From Desulfosudaceae bacterium (GTDB lineage Bacteria > Desulfobacterota > Desulfobacteria > Desulfobacterales > Desulfosudaceae), in assembly GCA_963674745.2 (NCBI GenBank), contig CAXXDV010000001.1, forward strand, positions 1,280,001-1,344,000: a DNA stretch of 64,000 bases. Reading direction: 5' to 3'. This document shows, piece after piece, positions 59,579 to 64,000 of this stretch. How positions within the stretch are numbered: the stretch's first letter is position 1; each line of letters opens with the position of its first letter. A model generated the notes under the pieces. That model saw only the letters and a program-made list of their open reading frames with translations. It ran no database searches and was not told the DNA's origin. A program made the position numbers and the translations under genes.

Positions 59579-60868
59579 CTAAAGGGTTTTGGCCAGATGT
59601 TTTGCCATGGCAATAATGGTCAGCGTCGGCGGTCGTCCCGGAGATCGGGGAAACACGGACGCGTCGCAGACAAACAGGTTTTTGGCCCCGAAAGCCTCCA
59701 GGTTGTTGTCCACCACCCGGCCGATGGCGGCGGTGCCGCCGGGATGTCCACCGACATTGTGGTCCACAATAAACGTATTCGGATCAGCCCCGGCCTGGAC
59801 CAGGATCTTTTTGCAGGCTTCCGTACCTTTGTTAAACCGGTCTTCGTCTTCGGGCAGATAGGGTTTGGTGATGCGTTCATTGACGCTGATGCTGCCACCG
59901 GGCGAATCCCCTATTTTGGTGAACATGCCCATGACCCGGGGAAGCTTGTTGCCAAACGCGATGGTACCACCGGATTTGGCCAGTCGCAGCACCTTGTTGC
60001 CGAATACCGGTAGGGCGCCGATGGTGCCGACCAGAAAACCGTCGGTTTCCACGAATTGTTCCGTAGCATAGCAGAAGGTCATTTCATTTTTAGGGCCCAG
60101 GTCTTTTCCAATGGCGTAAACCACGTTCATGGGATCGATAAAAAAGCCCTCTCCCGCATTTTTAATGCCGGAACGCAGGAGAATGGCCGGTGTTCCGATA
60201 CCGCCGGCGGAAATAACGACCTTGTTGGCCCGGATTTCATCCGCGTCGGGTGATTTAATGATAACCCCGGTGGCATTTCCGTTTTCGATGATGACTTTTT
60301 TTACGGTGGAACCGGTAAACACCCTGGCGCCGTTTGCTTCGGCTTCTTTAACATAGTTTCGGGCCGTCCATTTGGCCTCACGCCGGCAGCCGAGCATGCA
60401 GTCATCGCAAGAGGGGTCACACTTTCCGGGATCAACGAATTTCTGCTGGGGCTCAAGGTCTATGCCGACTTCTCCGGCCGCTTTTACCAGCCGTTGGGTG
60501 CAGGGCCACCGCCTGGTGAAATCATCGGGCAGGGGGGCGATGTTGAGCTCTTCTTTGGTCTGACGGGTTTCTTCGGAAATGTCTATGCCCAGTTCCGTAT
60601 TCAGCCATTGCGGCGGATCATAAGCATTGCCGTTGAACACCACCGACGAGCCGCCCACGGTAATTCCCCGTGCCATCAGCCCGCCGCCCTTGGGTCGGAC
60701 CAGTTTGTTGATGGTTACCAGTGAGGCGTATCGGCCCACCGCCCATTGGTTCCAGGTGCCGCGCTCCAGTAGAACGACTTCCCGGCCCTGTCTGGCCAGT
60801 TCTCTGGCGACGGTAGCGCCTCCTGGTCCGGAACCGGCAACAACTACATCTGTTTCAATGCGTGCCAT
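59579..60868 (-). CDS. GMC-family FAD oxidoreductase (short form)
   Basis: VAGSGPGGA, VGGSS, CDPSCDDCMLGC, SAGGIGTP.ILL.SG, HPGGT, DASVFP..PG.PP.LTI. Confidence 0.9.
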   Translation of the reverse strand: MARIETDVVVAGSGPGGATVARELARQGREVVLLERGTWNQWAVGRYASLVTINKLVRPKGGGLMARGITVGGSSVVFNGNAYDPPQWLNTELGIDISEETRQTKEELNIAPLPDDFTRRWPCTQRLVKAAGEVGIDLEPQQKFVDPGKCDPSCDDCMLGCRREAKWTARNYVKEAEANGARVFTGSTVKKVIIENGNATGVIIKSPDADEIRANKVVISAGGIGTPAILLRSGIKNAGEGFFIDPMNVVYAIGKDLGPKNEMTFCYATEQFVETDGFLVGTIGALPVFGNKVLRLAKSGGTIAFGNKLPRVMGMFTKIGDSPGGSISVNERITKPYLPEDEDRFNKGTEACKKILVQAGADPNTFIVDHNVGGHPGGTAAIGRVVDNNLEAFGAKNLFVCDASVFPRSPGRPPTLTIIAMAKHLAKTL

Positions 60869-61139
60869 TATTGCCCCCTGCTAAAAGAACGGTTGTAAAG
60901 CGAAAACTGCCTTGGGAAGCTATGTCGTTTGCAAACAAATTATTATCCTTAAAGAAAAATATGTCAAGAGAAATTTCTACACTCGCAAAAAACGCGGGTG
61001 TTTCGCGCATCGCCCTTCCCCAAGGCGCCGCCGGCAGGCTTTTTGGGTAACGGCTTTTTCTTGCTAAAAGGTGTAAGGACTGATATTAATTAAAGATACA
61101 GGGGGATTCAAAAAGCAACTTTAAAGCAGGAGGCATGCC

Positions 61140-61439
61140 ATGCTGGCAAAAGTAATCATCAAACGACGGTTTAAGCAGCGGTATACCCATGAGGTCATCG
61201 CCCTGCTGCATGACCTGCGGGCGGCAGCCATGTCTCAACCCGGATATGTTTCCGGAGAGACCCTGTCGCAGCCCGACGATCCACTTAAACTGGTGGTTAT
61301 CGGTACCTGGCAGAACCTGGAGAGCTGGCATCAGTGGAAAAAAAGCGACCGTCGCAAAGAGTTCGATGCCATGCTGGATGTTTTGCTGGAAGAACCGACC
61401 ATTTACGAAGAGTATGTTGTCGGTGTTACGCGTCATTAA
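61140..61439 (+). CDS. ABM (antibiotic biosynthesis monooxygenase) domain protein
   Basis: AMSQPGYVSGETL...VIGTWQNLESWHQW..S..R; GGAGG RBS. Confidence 0.85.
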   Translation: MLAKVIIKRRFKQRYTHEVIALLHDLRAAAMSQPGYVSGETLSQPDDPLKLVVIGTWQNLESWHQWKKSDRRKEFDAMLDVLLEEPTIYEEYVVGVTRH

Positions 61440-61506
61440 TCCGGCAGTGCCACAAAAGCCCTTTTTCCCGCTATCTGCGTGATAAACAGGAGAATATCGC
61501 GCCCTG

Positions 61507-61534
61507 TTGACGTTTGGGCAAAAGGTATTATATT
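61507..61534 (+). promoter_or_regulatory. Putative sigma70 promoter for rubrerythrin
   Basis: TTGACG-16 bp-TATATT. Confidence 0.45.
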
Positions 61535-61638
61535 TCAGATGGTTGCCATAAAAACCAGCGTTTTTGGCATTAAATGACGGTTTTTTTAGTGTTGAACGGA
61601 TATACACCCACACACACCAGCATACAGGAGGGTAAGTG

Positions 61639-62151
61639 ATGAAAGAAAAGACGAAAAAAAACGTTGAAACCGCATTTGTCGGGGAAGCCAAGGCCTACTT
61701 CAGATTACTGGCTTACGCTGAAAAAGCCGATGAGGAAGAAATCCCTCAGATGGCCCTGCTGTTCCGTGCCATTGCCGAAGCCGAGCGGGTGCATGCCACC
61801 CGGAATTTGAACCTGGTCAAGGATCTGGTGGTTAAAGATACGGATACGAACCTTGAAAAATCCTTTCAGCGGGAAAAAACGGTCAGTGAGAATATCTACC
61901 CGGATTTTATCAAGGAGGCTGAAGACGAAGGTGAAACAGCCGTTGCCCAGGTGTTCAGTTATGCCCGGGACGCGGAAACCTATCATGCCAAGCTTTACGA
62001 ACGGGCCATTTATGATGTGATCAAGGACAAGGTCAATGCTTACTATGTCTGTCAGGTCTGCGGCTACGTTACCGATAAAAAAGCACCGGAAAAATGTCCG
62101 GTTTGCGGCGCCCCTAAAGAAAAGTTCAAAGCCGTTGAAAATGGATCATAG
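61639..62151 (+). CDS. rbr: Rubrerythrin
   Basis: AFVGEA, AEAERVHA, DAETYH di-iron motifs; C-terminal CQVCGY...CPVCG. Confidence 0.93.
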   Translation: MKEKTKKNVETAFVGEAKAYFRLLAYAEKADEEEIPQMALLFRAIAEAERVHATRNLNLVKDLVVKDTDTNLEKSFQREKTVSENIYPDFIKEAEDEGETAVAQVFSYARDAETYHAKLYERAIYDVIKDKVNAYYVCQVCGYVTDKKAPEKCPVCGAPKEKFKAVENGS

Positions 62152-62890
62152 ACATCGTCCCATATTTTTTGTTCTTGTCGTTGTCGTTTTTCTGGGGTTG
62201 ACAGGATGTTCCTTTGTTGAGCGGAAGTTATTGTTTCACCCCTCTCATCATCCGCACAATAACAGCCTGACACCCTGGAACCGGGACGGTCAAACCATCG
62301 GTTACGCCAGAGCGGTTGAATCGCCGGAAAATGTCTGGTTAATGCTTCACGGAAACGCCGGCCAGGCATCAGACCGCTTGTATGCGGTACCGTGTTTTTC
62401 AGAAAAAGATGCCGTCTTCATCCTCGAATATCCCGGATATGGCGATCGAGAAGGGCGCCCTTCAATAACGGCTTTAAACCAGGCGGCCGAAAACGCTTTT
62501 CGGGGGCTTCGAAAGACCTATCCGGACACACCTGTCTGCGTGGCCGCCGAATCGATCGGGTCGGGGCCGGCCTCTTATCTGGCAAGTCTTTCCGACAAAC
62601 CGGACAAGCTCGTTCTGATCGTTCCGTTTGATAACCTTGCCCTGGTAGCAAAAGAACGGTTTCCCGGTTTTCTTGTCCGGCTGATATTAACAGACAACTG
62701 GGATAATGTGGCCTTGCTTTCAGGTTATAAGGGGCCGGTCGATGTTTTTGGTGCTAAAGCGGACACGGTTTTTCACTTGCGGCACGCCAGGGCGCTGGCG
62801 GAATCAATTCCCGGCGCAAGGCTTGTCCTGGTTGACGGCGGTCATAATGACTGGTCTTGCGCCGGCCGGGTAAAAATAAGAAATCCGTGA
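62141..62890 (+). CDS. Alpha/beta hydrolase, probable lipoprotein
   Basis: Lipobox LTGC; LHGNAG; EYPGYG; nucleophile AESIG; GGHND. Confidence 0.85.
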   Translation: MDHRHRPIFFVLVVVVFLGLTGCSFVERKLLFHPSHHPHNNSLTPWNRDGQTIGYARAVESPENVWLMLHGNAGQASDRLYAVPCFSEKDAVFILEYPGYGDREGRPSITALNQAAENAFRGLRKTYPDTPVCVAAESIGSGPASYLASLSDKPDKLVLIVPFDNLALVAKERFPGFLVRLILTDNWDNVALLSGYKGPVDVFGAKADTVFHLRHARALAESIPGARLVLVDGGHNDWSCAGRVKIRNP

Positions 62891-62910
62891 GGATCTGCCT
62901 TTGAATATTC

Positions 62911-62938
62911 TTGACAACGAACCGGCTTGTGTTACATT
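62911..62938 (+). promoter_or_regulatory. Putative sigma70 promoter for the metal-efflux locus
   Basis: TTGACA-16 bp-TACATT with extended -10 TG. Confidence 0.55.
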
Positions 62939-62968
62939 GTGGTACTGATAGGCTGAAAGAAAAACAGT

Positions 62969-63394
62969 ATGAAAATGTCAAAATATATATTTATCTGTAT
63001 GGTTTCGTTGTGCCTGACGGGACAGGGCGTGACTTTTTCCCGGTTATGCCTTGGCCCGGGGCATGGCCCGGGCCATTCAGACAATGAAATCGTGTGGGCC
63101 AGGCAATGTCATGCTCAGACAGAAGAGACCCGTGTTCCCGGCGCTGGACACGCGGTTTTTTTTGATCACCAGCAACACGGCTGTATTGATCTGCCCATTT
63201 TATCTACAGCCGGTTTTGGCGGAAGCTTGCGGCCGGACAATAAGCTTCAACTCACCAAACCCCTGGTTTTAGGCGCCAACACATTAGACCATCCCGGCCG
63301 GGCAAACGGTCTTACAAAACAAAAAACGGGTTTTTTCCCCGCTTTTTCTGATTTCTTTTTTTTATCCCTTGAATCAACGATTCTCATCATCTGA
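62969..63394 (+). CDS. Small exported His/Cys-containing protein (CzcI-like position)
   Basis: Signal-like N-terminus; LCLGPGHGPGH, HQQHGCIDLPI, terminal LESTILII; directly upstream of a TolC/CzcC gene. Confidence 0.6.
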   Translation: MKMSKYIFICMVSLCLTGQGVTFSRLCLGPGHGPGHSDNEIVWARQCHAQTEETRVPGAGHAVFFDHQQHGCIDLPILSTAGFGGSLRPDNKLQLTKPLVLGANTLDHPGRANGLTKQKTGFFPAFSDFFFLSLESTILII

Positions 63395-63605
63395 TCTTCA
63401 AAAACCCTTCCGGTGATCTGCAGTTCATTCTAGAGGCAAAGGTCTCATGACACCGGCCCTTTCTAATCGCCTTTTTCAATAAAAGCTTATCTACCCGAGG
63501 TTTTCTGGTGGTGCCTTATCCATGACCGGTTTTTTCTTATGGATAATGGCCCCAACAGAAAAGCCCGAAGACACCATCAATCAGGTAATGAAGGAAACAA
63601 ACCAT

Positions 63606-64000
63606 ATGGGCATAAGATATCCGTTGCTTTTGTGGCTGTGTCTTTTTTGTTTTTTCCCCGGCATAAATGCTTCTGTTTTGGGGAACGAAGAACGGACAGT
63701 AAAAGAAACAGTCGTCATGTCATTTAATGATAAGCGCTTAACCGCTTGTCATCAAACCAGAGCGGTCGGCTTGACGCTTGAAAAAGCCGTTTCTGCGGCG
63801 CTTGATAAAAATCCGGATTTAAAGGCAGCAGAGATCAATACCCGGATTGGGGAAGCGGCAGTACAACAGGCCGGTCTTTTTCTAAATCCGGAAATTGAAT
63901 TTGAATACGAGAATTTTGATGAACCTGAAACAACCTTGACCGTCGGTTATCTGTTGGAGCTGGGCAAAAAGCGCAAGTATCGCCGGGATGTGGCTGTTGC
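63606..64000 (+). CDS. TolC/CzcC-family outer-membrane efflux protein, N-terminal part (not in ORF track)
   Basis: Manual translation: MGIRYPLLLWLCLFCFFPGINA...LTLEKAVSAALDKNPDLKAA...QQAGLFLNPEIE...LELGKKR; open to the window edge. Confidence 0.85.
   Translation, partial: MGIRYPLLLWLCLFCFFPGINASVLGNEERTVKETVVMSFNDKRLTACHQTRAVGLTLEKAVSAALDKNPDLKAAEINTRIGEAAVQQAGLFLNPEIEFEYENFDEPETTLTVGYLLELGKKRKYRRDVAV

Noticed and set aside
63539..63727. 62-aa plus-strand ORF
   Set aside because: It overlaps the signal-peptide region of the TolC-family gene in another frame and has no features of its own.

Overview
This 64 kb window is bacterial chromosomal DNA. Gene content and protein style suggest an anaerobic Desulfobacterota/deltaproteobacterium (inference). 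(1) 1-12.6 kb is a rearranged origin-region block on the minus strand: dnaN, gyrB, TIGR03960-type radical SAM, rng, rpmH, rnpA, yidD, yidC, jag, mnmE. There is no dnaA, recF or gyrA. It ends in a very AT-rich intergenic region with repeated TTATNAACA boxes that looks like oriC. (2) 14-34.5 kb is a catabolic island. It has two convergent MMPL/RND transporters, a DUF1302-DUF1329-YCF48-like-MMPL uptake operon, and a GntR-headed operon. That operon encodes two 2-hydroxyacyl-CoA dehydratase/class I aryl-CoA reductase alpha/beta pairs, three ATP-dependent activases, a stand-alone acetyl-CoA-synthase middle-domain protein and an unknown helical-repeat protein. (3) 34.6-40.3 kb holds a two-component system, an amber-interrupted exported ORF, REP-like repeats, an amidohydrolase and cinA. 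(4) 40.4-50 kb is a full trp operon with an unannotated Trp-rich leader peptide and tandem terminators. It also contains three copies or remnants of a MITE-like element family (one lies outside the operon), an inserted membrane protein and a translationally coupled HTH-fused N6-adenine methyltransferase. (5) 50-61 kb has acyl-CoA/lipid genes, a porin and a third BcrBCAD-like cluster, whose beta subunit is frameshifted by a 25-bp tandem duplication. (6) 61-64 kb has an ABM-domain protein, rubrerythrin, a hydrolase and the start of a CzcI/CzcC-like metal efflux locus. I recognised no rRNA, tRNA, CRISPR array or transposase. All assignments come from reading motifs by eye; no searches were run.
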